Part shown: positions 45,091 through 54,026 of the stretch, piece by piece
Layout: every line of letters begins with the position of its first letter
How positions within the stretch are numbered: the stretch's first letter is position 1
Assembly (NCBI GenBank): GCA_005790605.1
Contig: SXUI01000040.1
Location: 16,941 to 80,940 of the forward strand
Length of the DNA: 64,000 nucleotides
Direction: 5' to 3'
Origin: Planctomycetia bacterium
Lineage (GTDB): Bacteria > Planctomycetota > Phycisphaerae > Phycisphaerales > SM1A02
Notes under the pieces: generated by a model
Told to the model about the DNA's origin: nothing
The model's input: only the letters and a program-made list of their open reading frames with translations
Database searches by the model: none
Made by a program: the position numbers and the translations under genes

Positions 45091-46685
45091 AATTCCTTGT
45101 AAAGAAGGGCGTCTCGCTCTTCCGCTCTCAGTTTCGGGAAAGCCGGCAGCACGCTGGCAAAGGCGTCGCGATCGAGTCCGTACGCGCGCGCCACGGCCAC
45201 CTCAAGCCCTGGAAGTTCGATAGAGGAGTTCAACCGCCTATCGAGCATCAGCAACAGCCGTTCGCGCTCGGGCGACTCGAGCAGAAGAGTTAGAGGTGCG
45301 GCGCACCGTCGCAGCACCCCCTGCGAAACATGCGTTGTCGCGAGCTTGGTTCGAACCTGAAGCTCAAAAACCAAGCTGTTCATGACGGCGAGCAAAGCCG
45401 AAAGGGCTTTCGCGTCACCAGTTCGAAGAAACGCGATTCCAAGTGAGTTGCCCGTCACATTCCTTGGCGGCACGAAGGCGACGTGCATTCGCCTGCGCTG
45501 GGTGGGACGCGAGACATCGCGCCATGCAATCCTTCGCTCCAACACAGTTGCGGGAATCTGACGCTTAGTCGGATCGATGTAGTCGATGGATTCTCGCTTG
45601 ACCTGGAATGGGAACACATGCCGCCCCTTCAAAAAGGGGATGCCACCAACGACAGATCCAAATGACTCAGCCAAGCGTGTCTCGTCGAGCTCTCTTCCGA
45701 GCCGCAAGCCGATGCGTAGATCCTCTTCTAGCATTGAGAGCGATGCGTGTTGGCCGCAAATCAACCGAACGATCTCCTCCGCATCTCCTGCTACATTGAG
45801 TGCCAAGGGATCACTCAAACTCGAACGGAGGATATGTTCGCGCGACTCAACCTGATTGCGCGCAGCATCGAAGCGCGTGAGCTGAAAGCAACGCGTTGGT
45901 CCGCCTTCCCGCGCTGCCAAGGTTACGAACGCCTGGTCGACCGAGTCGAAAAACTTTGCTTCCGCGGGGTAGTACTCGATTCCGCTCACATCTAGCCTCT
46001 GGAACAAGCTTGCTCTGAAGGGCGATGAAGCTTGGTCGGCGAAGATCGCTGCCGGCAGAACTATGTACATCGCAGCGCTTGCCCGAAGCAGCCGCGCAGA
46101 CGCGATGGCGCCCGCGCGCGCCAGATTTACCCCGTACCCCGTGACCGCCTTGCCTGATGCACTCTTGCAGCCTGGGAACTCACGATCGAGCCACTCGGCA
46201 TATCCCCGCAGTGACTGCCTGTACTCGCCGGGTAACTCCACAGCGTCGCGCGAGTCCGGCTTGAGGAGTTCCCAAGGAGGATTGGTCAGCAGCAAGTCAA
46301 CACTTGCCGTCTCGAGGGGAACTCTTCGGAATGTATCTCCGCTCAACGCTACGAGTCGAACTCTCGCCGAAAGCCCAAGATCCTGAAGGAGGGCACCGAT
46401 TGCGCTGCGGGCGGTGTGTACCGCTTCGGCGTCGTAGTCAAAAACTCGGACCTCCGACAGACGTTCAATCGCGTTCTGATCGATCGCAGCTCGTCGCAGC
46501 CAAGCGACTACCAGCCTCCCGTCGCCACAAAATGGATCGCAGACGCACTGGGGCTGAAATCCCGACGCGACTGCTCTTGCGGCAAGCGCCCCCGCTATCT
46601 CGAGAGGCGTGTAAAAGCGACCGGTCAGCCGCGCCTCAATGTCAACTCGACTCGACGAGCGCTTCGCGATCTCAACATGCAGCAT
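45084..46685 (-). CDS. N6-adenine DNA methyltransferase (gamma class, NPPW)
   Basis: Motif I 'VCDPFCGDGRL' precedes motif IV 'LLTNPPWELL'. Confidence 0.8.
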   Translation of the reverse strand: MLHVEIAKRSSSRVDIEARLTGRFYTPLEIAGALAARAVASGFQPQCVCDPFCGDGRLVVAWLRRAAIDQNAIERLSEVRVFDYDAEAVHTARSAIGALLQDLGLSARVRLVALSGDTFRRVPLETASVDLLLTNPPWELLKPDSRDAVELPGEYRQSLRGYAEWLDREFPGCKSASGKAVTGYGVNLARAGAIASARLLRASAAMYIVLPAAIFADQASSPFRASLFQRLDVSGIEYYPAEAKFFDSVDQAFVTLAAREGGPTRCFQLTRFDAARNQVESREHILRSSLSDPLALNVAGDAEEIVRLICGQHASLSMLEEDLRIGLRLGRELDETRLAESFGSVVGGIPFLKGRHVFPFQVKRESIDYIDPTKRQIPATVLERRIAWRDVSRPTQRRRMHVAFVPPRNVTGNSLGIAFLRTGDAKALSALLAVMNSLVFELQVRTKLATTHVSQGVLRRCAAPLTLLLESPERERLLLMLDRRLNSSIELPGLEVAVARAYGLDRDAFASVLPAFPKLRAEERDALLYKELW

Positions 46686-47412
46686 ACTTCACCCCTCGAA
46701 CCAACCGAGACACCATTTCGTCTGGCACAAGAGGCGCATTTTGACATTGAACGACCGCTCGCCGAATCACGGCTCGAACCACCCCGACGGAGCGAAGGTT
46801 CGCGTTCGAGCCAAATCGAATTGCCGGCCCTTGATTCGCTACAGCATTCTCGTTTCTGATCACGCGTGCGAGTGACTCCCCGTCCAATGAGAATGCAAGC
46901 CAGTCACTCGAAGTGGGAGCCGCTCCCTCATCGATCATGAGCCTGTCACCGGGCTGCAGACAAAGGTCAGACTCGCACGACGCCGAAAGGCACCAAAGTA
47001 CGGCTATTCCGCCGCCTGGTAGCAGTTCCGCAAACCACTTCGCACCGGCTTCCGACCGGTCATGAGGGGATTGAGCAACGCCGACCTGGCGCTCGCAGAG
47101 ATCCGGGCACGCACTCGACAGCACCTGCAGGCCGCGGAACCGCCGAGCAGCGAGTCGCACGTAGCCCTTCCGTTCGAGTGCTTTGAGGTGGTCACGAACC
47201 GTGGCGGTCGATCGGAAGCCCAACTCGGCCTGCAACTCGCGGTAGGTCGGTGGAAGATCGCCGCGCAGCGAGCAAACCCGCAGCACTCGAAGCACGCGAA
47301 GCTGGGCTGGGGTAAGCGGGCTCAAGGTGGCGCTACCGTACCACTCATTTGAGTGCCCCGCAAGCGTTGCCTCCGTCGTGGCCGCTCGAACATTGTCCGC
47401 ACATGCTGACAT
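46672..47412 (-). CDS. LexA/CI-like transcriptional regulator (wHTH + S24-peptidase-like C-terminal domain, catalytic residues unclear)
   Basis: 'LTPAQLRVLRVLRVCSLRGDLPPTYRELQAELGFRSTATVRDHLKALERKGYV' is a LexA-type wHTH. The C-terminus aligns with LexA's beta domain but Ser/Lys are not evident. Start chosen at an internal Met (ORF runs to 47652). Overlaps the m6A MTase start by 14 nt. Confidence 0.55.
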   Translation of the reverse strand: MSACADNVRAATTEATLAGHSNEWYGSATLSPLTPAQLRVLRVLRVCSLRGDLPPTYRELQAELGFRSTATVRDHLKALERKGYVRLAARRFRGLQVLSSACPDLCERQVGVAQSPHDRSEAGAKWFAELLPGGGIAVLWCLSASCESDLCLQPGDRLMIDEGAAPTSSDWLAFSLDGESLARVIRNENAVANQGPAIRFGSNANLRSVGVVRAVIRRAVVQCQNAPLVPDEMVSRLVRGVKYAAC

Positions 47413-47434
47413 ACTGCGGCCGACGAGCAAGCAC

Positions 47435-48163
47435 ACTATGCCGGACTGCGACTCACCTCCCGAACACGACTCAAGCGACATCACCGCGAACTCGGCAGGA
47501 TCTCCTTGGACTCCGGTACGGTTCCAACTGTTGGAGTGGTTTCGCCAAGATGCGCCGTCGCTCGCTGGAGCGTACGAAGCAACTGTCTTTCTCGTTTCCA
47601 CTCCATCAGTTCCGGCGCGGGTCCATTTAGTCTGCCACCTTGTGCGCGACATCTACGGCAAGCTTCCAGAGATCCTTGACGGGGAGTTTCGTTTCCAGAG
47701 TGCCGGTGCTGTCTACCCACCATTCATCGATACGATCGCCAACCATTGGAGATCACCCGATGGCGCCCTGTTAACCAACGCCGCAGCTTCCGAAACCGCG
47801 CCGAGCGCGTCCGACCGCGTTAACGTTCCGAGAGCGGCTGCTCGCGCGGTAGACGACCTCCTCGCTCGACGAGCGGTGCTCAAAGATCAGCCCCGCAGCA
47901 CGGAGGTCCTTGCTCGAGCGCTATTCAGACGCTTCGCCGAATCTGGGCTTCAACCACCTGCTCGCCTGGCCGCCACGTTCGAGGAGGAGAGGAGATGGTT
48001 CACCGACCGTGCGCACCTGGTACTTGAGCGCGCCAAAGTACCTGCTGAGGAAGGGCTGCTCGATCATTTCGCCTCATTCGAGGGTGCGCTCCATTCGCTC
48101 GTCGGCGAGTACTTCACAGGGAAGGAGGAGCTGGATGCAATCCTCGCACAAGCCAACGCCTGA
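47435..48163 (+). CDS. hypothetical protein (first gene of divergent operon)
   Basis: Start at the internal Met of ORF 47327-48163. No recognisable domain. Confidence 0.35.
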   Translation, partial: TMPDCDSPPEHDSSDITANSAGSPWTPVRFQLLEWFRQDAPSLAGAYEATVFLVSTPSVPARVHLVCHLVRDIYGKLPEILDGEFRFQSAGAVYPPFIDTIANHWRSPDGALLTNAAASETAPSASDRVNVPRAAARAVDDLLARRAVLKDQPRSTEVLARALFRRFAESGLQPPARLAATFEEERRWFTDRAHLVLERAKVPAEEGLLDHFASFEGALHSLVGEYFTGKEELDAILAQANA

Positions 48164-50993
48164 GCAGGTTATGGCAGCGGTCGCGCGGATCACCGCGCCT
48201 CATCTCGAGCGCTACTTTTTCGAGAGGCTCGAAAACCCCGCATGGATCGAGCCCCTGCACGCGCACGGCTTCTTCAAGGATCCGCCCGCTCCCGAGCGAA
48301 TGGACGGCGGAGTGCGCTGCAGACTCTGGCCTCAGTCGGCGTATCTCGCACGCATGGCGCCGAGTGCGCCCGAGGCGGTCGCGACGATTCTCGGCACGCT
48401 CGAGACGAGCAACTGGATGGTTGTGCGCGACATGCTAGTGGCCGCGAGCCAACTGCCCTCGCCGCTCGTTCGATCACTCGTGCCTAACCTCGGCGACGCC
48501 GTTCGCTCGCATCGACTTTGGCATTCACTCGACACCCTCGGCGCAATCGTCGCAAACTTGGCGCACGACAATCACTCTGAGGTCGCTATCGACTTGATGA
48601 TCCGCGGGTTCGGAGGTGTTGTTGAGCGAGACGAGCAGACCCTTCGACAGGCGTCATATCCATTCTTCGAGGCGCTGACTGAGTCCGTGGTGCCCGCGCT
48701 GGCGCGATCCGCTCCGCTCCCGCTACTTGAGGTGTTGCTGCGATGGGTTCGCTCCGCAGCTTCCAAGGAGCACCCCTCGCGGGCTGATGGCGATGAACTG
48801 TCATACATCTGGCGACCAGCGATCGAGGAACACGAACAAAATCGGGACCACGATTTCGCAGGTCGGCTGCTGGGAGTTGTGCGCGATGTGTCGGAGCGCG
48901 CCATTCGCGATGCTGGCCTCGGCGTCAGCGCTCTTCTCGACGTACTCCGACCCGATGGTTCGGTCATCGGTCAACGCCTTGCCCTGCACCTCATCGGAGA
49001 GTTTAGCGAGAGGGAGCATGGCTTGACAGAATCAATGATGCTCAACCACAGGCTGTTTGCAGACCATCGTGTCAAGCACGAGTACGCACGGCTGATGGCG
49101 CGAAGATTCTCTCTGCTCAATCCCGACCAGCAGTCTCAGTGGTTCTCATGGGTCGTCGCTGGGCCACCTGATGATTCCGCCGCGGACCCCGCGAGCCGCT
49201 CCCAGTATGTTGCCTATTGGAAGTTCTGCCGGCTGCACTGGATCTGGGAGCACCTGACAGGTGCGCACCGCGCCTTCTACGAGAAGATGTTGACGGAACA
49301 CGGCGTTCCGGAGTTGGCGGATCTCAATATTCACTTCGGCGGGGTTCAGTCAGTCGTTGAGCTTTCCCCGTTCACAGTCGAGGAGCTTGCGGCAAGAGGC
49401 TTTGCCCCGGCGATCGAACACGCCCGAAGCTGGCGTCCAGAACCATGGTACCGTCGGTTTGATGCGCCTTGCATTGAAGGGTTCGCCAACACATTTCAGC
49501 AGTATGTCGCAACCGCGCCCGACCGCTTCTCTCGCGGTGCAACAATTCTCATCGGCCTCTCCGCGCCGTTCATTCGAGCGTTCCTACGCGCCATGATGGA
49601 CGCGATCAAGCGCGGCACGCGAGTTGATATCGTGAGCATCCTGACACTCTGCCACTGGGTGCTCTCGCGCCCGGTCGCGGAACGAACCTCGCCCAACGGC
49701 GAGTGCGAGCCCTTGCTAGATAAGGACTGGCAATGGTGTCGAGAGACAATCGGAGAACTGGCGGCGGCTGTGTGTGGAGCGCGCACCGATTCCCGACCGA
49801 CCTACGGGGTCGAACTGCGAGAATCTCTCTGGACCTCGATAGAACCGCTCCTTTGCGACAAGGCTGACTCGCACATCGTCCAACAGCAGGCCTGCATCGA
49901 TCCACGTGTGTCTGATTGGACGCTTCTTTCGGTCAATTCGCCGCGCGGGAAGGTGATGGCGGCCATTTGGGCGTACGCGGACTGGCTGGCGTGGCATCTC
50001 GATCCTGCACGCAAGGACCACACCAAGTTTGCTGGGACACTCGATCAGATGCCTGAAGTGCGGTCTGCGCTAGAGCGGCAGCTCACCGATGAATCAGCCG
50101 GGTTCACGGGACGTGCCGGATTCGGGATCCGGCTGGGTCTACTCTGGTGGATCGACACAGACTGGTTGGCCAGACATGCGTCAGTGATTTTCGATCTGCG
50201 CGCCTTCGAGATTGAACCGCAGCGGGCGTTCGGTTGGGCTGCTTGGAATACGTTCTTGTTCTCGAATCGGCCACACGTCGAGCTGTACAAGGTGCTTCGG
50301 GACCAGTTCGGTTACGCCGTTGATCAGGCCGCTCGCTGCGACCAAGTTGGTGACTCGAGGGAAGGGCCGTACTTCCATCTTGGCCAGCACTTGATGACGC
50401 TCTACGGTCGCGGAGACTTCGGATCTGACGCGGAAACGGCATGGGAAGCCGACCAAGGAGTCATCCGACGCCTCGTCACCCAGGCTCAATGGGCAATCCG
50501 CAGCTACGCGATCGAGTTTGTCGGAATCAGCCTGAATGATTCCGGCGGCAAGGTTCCCGACGAGGTGAGAGAGAGATTTGTCGGGCTCTGGGAGCGATAT
50601 TGGGCACAGGCCGGTTCCACTGATGCGCGCGCCGATCCGAACAGCGGCGTCTTTGGTTGGTGGTTCTGCTCGGGCGTGTTCGATCCGGCTTGGTCGATTC
50701 AACAGCTTGAGAGCTTCGTCGCACGCTGTCCAAAGGCCGAGCCCGATCATCTGATCGTGGAGCGCCTGGCAGCGACGGCGGAAGCCGATCCGCTGCGCGC
50801 AGCCAAAATCGTGGACATGCTTGTCGCAGGAGATAACGAAGGCTGGCGCGTTCGAGGATGGGCCGCCGACGCCAAGAAGGTGCTGGCGATTGCCCTCAAG
50901 GCAGGAGGTGAGGCGCGTGGGGCCGCCAAAGCCGCAATCGACAGACTTGGAAAGCACGGCCACAACGACTTCGGAGCCTTGCTGAAGGCTTGA
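48135..50993 (+). CDS. large hypothetical protein (953 aa, Trp/Arg-rich, predicted alpha-helical)
   Basis: Strong RBS (GAAGGAGGAG) 5 nt before the ATG. Overlaps the upstream gene by 29 nt. No recognisable enzymatic motif. Confidence 0.5.
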   Translation: MQSSHKPTPEQVMAAVARITAPHLERYFFERLENPAWIEPLHAHGFFKDPPAPERMDGGVRCRLWPQSAYLARMAPSAPEAVATILGTLETSNWMVVRDMLVAASQLPSPLVRSLVPNLGDAVRSHRLWHSLDTLGAIVANLAHDNHSEVAIDLMIRGFGGVVERDEQTLRQASYPFFEALTESVVPALARSAPLPLLEVLLRWVRSAASKEHPSRADGDELSYIWRPAIEEHEQNRDHDFAGRLLGVVRDVSERAIRDAGLGVSALLDVLRPDGSVIGQRLALHLIGEFSEREHGLTESMMLNHRLFADHRVKHEYARLMARRFSLLNPDQQSQWFSWVVAGPPDDSAADPASRSQYVAYWKFCRLHWIWEHLTGAHRAFYEKMLTEHGVPELADLNIHFGGVQSVVELSPFTVEELAARGFAPAIEHARSWRPEPWYRRFDAPCIEGFANTFQQYVATAPDRFSRGATILIGLSAPFIRAFLRAMMDAIKRGTRVDIVSILTLCHWVLSRPVAERTSPNGECEPLLDKDWQWCRETIGELAAAVCGARTDSRPTYGVELRESLWTSIEPLLCDKADSHIVQQQACIDPRVSDWTLLSVNSPRGKVMAAIWAYADWLAWHLDPARKDHTKFAGTLDQMPEVRSALERQLTDESAGFTGRAGFGIRLGLLWWIDTDWLARHASVIFDLRAFEIEPQRAFGWAAWNTFLFSNRPHVELYKVLRDQFGYAVDQAARCDQVGDSREGPYFHLGQHLMTLYGRGDFGSDAETAWEADQGVIRRLVTQAQWAIRSYAIEFVGISLNDSGGKVPDEVRERFVGLWERYWAQAGSTDARADPNSGVFGWWFCSGVFDPAWSIQQLESFVARCPKAEPDHLIVERLAATAEADPLRAAKIVDMLVAGDNEGWRVRGWAADAKKVLAIALKAGGEARGAAKAAIDRLGKHGHNDFGALLKA

Positions 50994-51233
50994 CGACTGT
51001 GGAAGACTCACGCTGGGAACAACACAGCGATTCCAGATAGGCTGGAGTCAAAGCGGGATGTGCGCTCGGGCTTGCCTCGATTTCGCAGCCATCAAGGCAG
51101 GTACCATTGACGACCGAAACGAGCGTTCGAGAGGCTCAGGTTGGGCATGCGAAACCCATCGCGAATCATCTGATGAAATCCCGCAATGGATGGATCAATA
51201 CGATCTGTGTTCAGACAAACGAGCGAGTGGGCG

Positions 51234-51455
51234 TCACTCAGCGTCAGACCGATCCGATGGCTTCGCTCGTCGAGCGGCTTCTTCGAAAGCACGCAGATCC
51301 GACTCAAAGTCTGCCCGCTTCCCTTGTTCCCTTCGTCTAACGACTGGCGTGGATCTCCAAAGAAACGATACAACTCGCCCAAACAGCCCTAGACCTAGGC
51401 CGAGGATCGCGCCAACGACAGCGAATCCGAGAAGCGTCTGAATCAAGTCTGGCAT
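51234..51455 (-). CDS. small single-TM protein
   Basis: 73-aa ORF with a TM helix (LLGFAVVGAILGLGLGLF) and a charged tail. Weak. Confidence 0.25.
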   Translation of the reverse strand: MPDLIQTLLGFAVVGAILGLGLGLFGRVVSFLWRSTPVVRRREQGKRADFESDLRAFEEAARRAKPSDRSDAE

Positions 51456-51489
51456 TTGGTGCCCTTACGATCATGATAGAATACGCTGT

Positions 51490-52086
51490 ATGGAAAAACG
51501 AGATCGACTCCTGCGCCTGGACGGTGGTCCAAATGAGGCCCGCCAATTCTTCTCAGAGCGAAACATTTCACATATCCATGAAACCAAGAGCCTAATCATC
51601 TTCGGGTGGACTTGCGAACCGAGGGACAATCCCGCAATTGGGGCGCGAGGGTATGAGTGCGCGAGATCTCTTCCGTCGGTGGACCATGCCACGGCCTGTA
51701 TCGCTGGCGACTACCTCATGGACTGTCATGTTGCGGCCCAGTTGTTGGAGAACCGGCAACGACCAGGACTGCTCTTCCCGGATCGCATTGAACTGTACAT
51801 GGGTGACTCAAGACTCGCAATTGCCCAGCGGATGGTTGTGCTCAGTCGCGTCGACGGTCAATCTGGTTGGATGCCGATCGCAGATGAGATTCGCAATTTC
51901 TTCGCGCAGATCGCGCCAGACGTTGGGCCAGCATTCGCCGCAACCGCTCGTGTTTTTGACGCGACGTTAAGGATGGTGCGGGCCGTCCGAGAGATTGAGA
52001 AATTGAAGAGCGAGGCTCGCCCCACCGATGGCAACCACCACAAGTACTGGACTCGCCAGGAGATTGATCGCCCGAGAGCGCAGTAG
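51490..52086 (+). CDS. hypothetical protein
   Basis: 198-aa ORF preceded by -10-like 'tagaat'. No recognisable domain. Confidence 0.4.
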   Translation: MEKRDRLLRLDGGPNEARQFFSERNISHIHETKSLIIFGWTCEPRDNPAIGARGYECARSLPSVDHATACIAGDYLMDCHVAAQLLENRQRPGLLFPDRIELYMGDSRLAIAQRMVVLSRVDGQSGWMPIADEIRNFFAQIAPDVGPAFAATARVFDATLRMVRAVREIEKLKSEARPTDGNHHKYWTRQEIDRPRAQ

Positions 52087-52151
52087 TTGGCTGAGCTTGC
52101 CCGACTTTCGTAGACACCCATTGAGGCGAGGCTACTCGCCAGGAGTGTTCC

Positions 52152-52352
52152 ATGGGCAAGCCCTCAAAGACCGTCAAGAAGCGACTGCGCCGCACCTTCA
52201 CGCCCGAGTTCAAGGCTGAGGCCGTTCGCCTCTGCAAAACCGGCGATCGCGGCCTCGGCAAGTCGCTGCCGATCTCGACCTGATCGAAAGTTCTCCGCGT
52301 GACCGCACGTGTTTCGCCGCCATCGGAAGTCGCACGGCGACCTCATGCAACG
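52152..52352 (+). pseudogene. IS3-family transposase OrfA remnant (frameshifted/truncated)
   Basis: 'MGKPSKTVKKRLRRTFTPEFKAEAVRLCKTGDRGLGKS*', then in another frame 'QVAADLDLIESSPRD', matching the IS3/IS911 OrfA N-terminus. Disrupted after ~43 codons. Confidence 0.55.
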
Positions 52353-52693
52353 ATTAACCCTCGGCACCCATCGAGTTTCGCTCCCGTTTCGATCAGGATC
52401 GCACTCCTCGGCATCGAAAGAAACGGTCCTCACCGCTCTGGCGCGCTCAAAACGCCATCCAAAGTTTGATCCCGTTTCGATCGGGGAGTTCCTCGAAGAC
52501 CGCGTTGGCGCTGCTGCGCCCGCGGTCTTCTCGTATCACTCCCCCGCGTGTGGGAAGTCCGCTTCGCAGACTTCACACACCGCGTCATGCGGACATGCAA
52601 TCGAAGCTCGCGCCCGAAACGAAGACCAACGCACTCATGTCCACATGACGCTCTTGACATTGCGGCTCGCACCGCAAAGAGCGGTGCAAGGCG

Positions 52694-52715
52694 TCAAGTC
52701 CAGTCGGGGGAGTTC
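52694..52715. repeat. attR-like direct repeat of the tRNA-Asn 3' end
   Basis: Exact copy of tRNA positions 7656-7677, with no surrounding tRNA structure. Confidence 0.7.
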
Positions 52716-52983
52716 GGAAACCGCAATGGCGGCGTCTCGATTCGAGGCGGCGTTGTTCGTTCTTGCGTGAATGCGCTCGATCAGCACGCATGGATTCGCA
52801 TACAATCGCAACTTCAGGGCATCGCTCGTGCCGCTTCAGCGCGCGGTAGCTCGCATGTCCCAGCTTTCCCGCTGTCAGCCGAATGAAGTCCGGATGGGCT
52901 TACTCGATGCGTAAGCAGAGGACCTGATCAACTATCCACGAAAGTTGAGCAAGTTCGCTGCACTCCAATAGGATCCTGATTCC

Positions 52984-53184
52984 ATGCGCTCCGTTGTCTT
53001 AGGTGTCGGCCTCTTCTTGTGCGTGTCCGCAATTGCCTACGGTGTCATAGAATCGAGCCGCTGCCTATTCTGCAAATCTGCCCACAATCGGCGCGCATCC
53101 ATGGTGGTGCTGATGAAGCGCGTGTCCGCCGCATTCTTCGGAGGATGGATATTGTTCATAGTAGGGCTAGCGATTCCACCCTGA
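52984..53184 (+). CDS. small two-TM membrane protein
   Basis: 66-aa ORF with hydrophobic segments. Weak. Confidence 0.25.
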   Translation: MRSVVLGVGLFLCVSAIAYGVIESSRCLFCKSAHNRRASMVVLMKRVSAAFFGGWILFIVGLAIPP

Positions 53185-54026
53185 AACGAGGGGGTTGGCT
53201 TGCCTGTCCCAATTCGCGTACCACTTATCTCCCCGCGATGGACCAAGAGCGTTAGCTTGTCCGTGCAGCCTCTCATTTCTCTCCTCCTGATCCTGCTCCG
53301 AATCTGCCGCGAGCAATTCGAGTCTCAACACTGGCTAGTGAATGGATGTGATAGTTTGTCGGTCCACACGATTGAGAGCCGACAATCGATCACACCTATG
53401 GCTGTGAAGACCGAAGCGGAACGACTGCTCGACGAGTCCACCGCAAGGGAATCGTTCAGAATCACGAACCCGCACGGCGGGCCAGTCGCCGCACCAACAC
53501 GAATCCGGTGAGCACAGGCGTCGTTAGTATCAACCCAACAATGGCGCAAACGAGCCATTTGGGTTGTTGCGGGGAAAGCAGATAGATCGACAAACCACCG
53601 ATCATCATGCTCCCATTGGCGCTCCCCAATACGCACAGCTTCACACGGGCGACCGAAGCCTTCAGACGCGTGGGTGTATCCGTGTGAGCCTGCATTTATC
53701 AGTTCTCGCTTTCTGCTAGCGCGCAGCGTTTCCGCTTCAGAGAGTACCAGAACGAAGTCGCACGGATTGCTCGATGCGAGCGGATGTGAATCTGGCGAAA
53801 ACACGGCTCGCACCGCGTCATCAACCTCCCGCTCAATCGCGCGACTCACGGATCGCGGCGTTCGTGCGGAGTTTCGGTGTCGAGATTGTGCGATCGAGTG
53901 GTGCTTGATTCCTTGATTCGTGGTGTCCGCGCGGAACGACACACGCGAAGCGAGGTGCTTCGTGGGAATCTGATTCGGGGAGCACGGAGAGAGTCTCCGC
54001 ATGTCGCTCGCGAAAGTTCACGCCGA

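Larger units (their letters stand above)
7656..52715. mobile_element. ~45-kb integrated prophage / genomic island (siphovirus-like, lambda-type morphogenesis module) with a cargo region
   Basis: Bounded by the tRNA-Asn gene and a direct repeat of its 3' end. Contains a recombinase, a phage replication module, terminase, portal, capsid, tail and tape measure genes. Ends with cargo genes and an IS remnant. Confidence 0.65.

Noticed and set aside
7675-52715. Search for a tyrosine integrase, endolysin/holin, CRISPR/Cas, retron RT or toxin-antitoxin pairs within the element
   Set aside because: None of the ORF translations show the RHRY integrase tetrad context, lysozyme/amidase motifs, RT motifs or Cas signatures. 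Their absence is reported in the findings rather than any feature being forced.
53325-54002. 225-aa minus-strand ORF in the gap after attR
   Set aside because: It lies in a lower-GC stretch with no RBS, and its translation has no motif. The region is more likely non-coding regulatory or remnant DNA, though a genuine orphan gene cannot be excluded.
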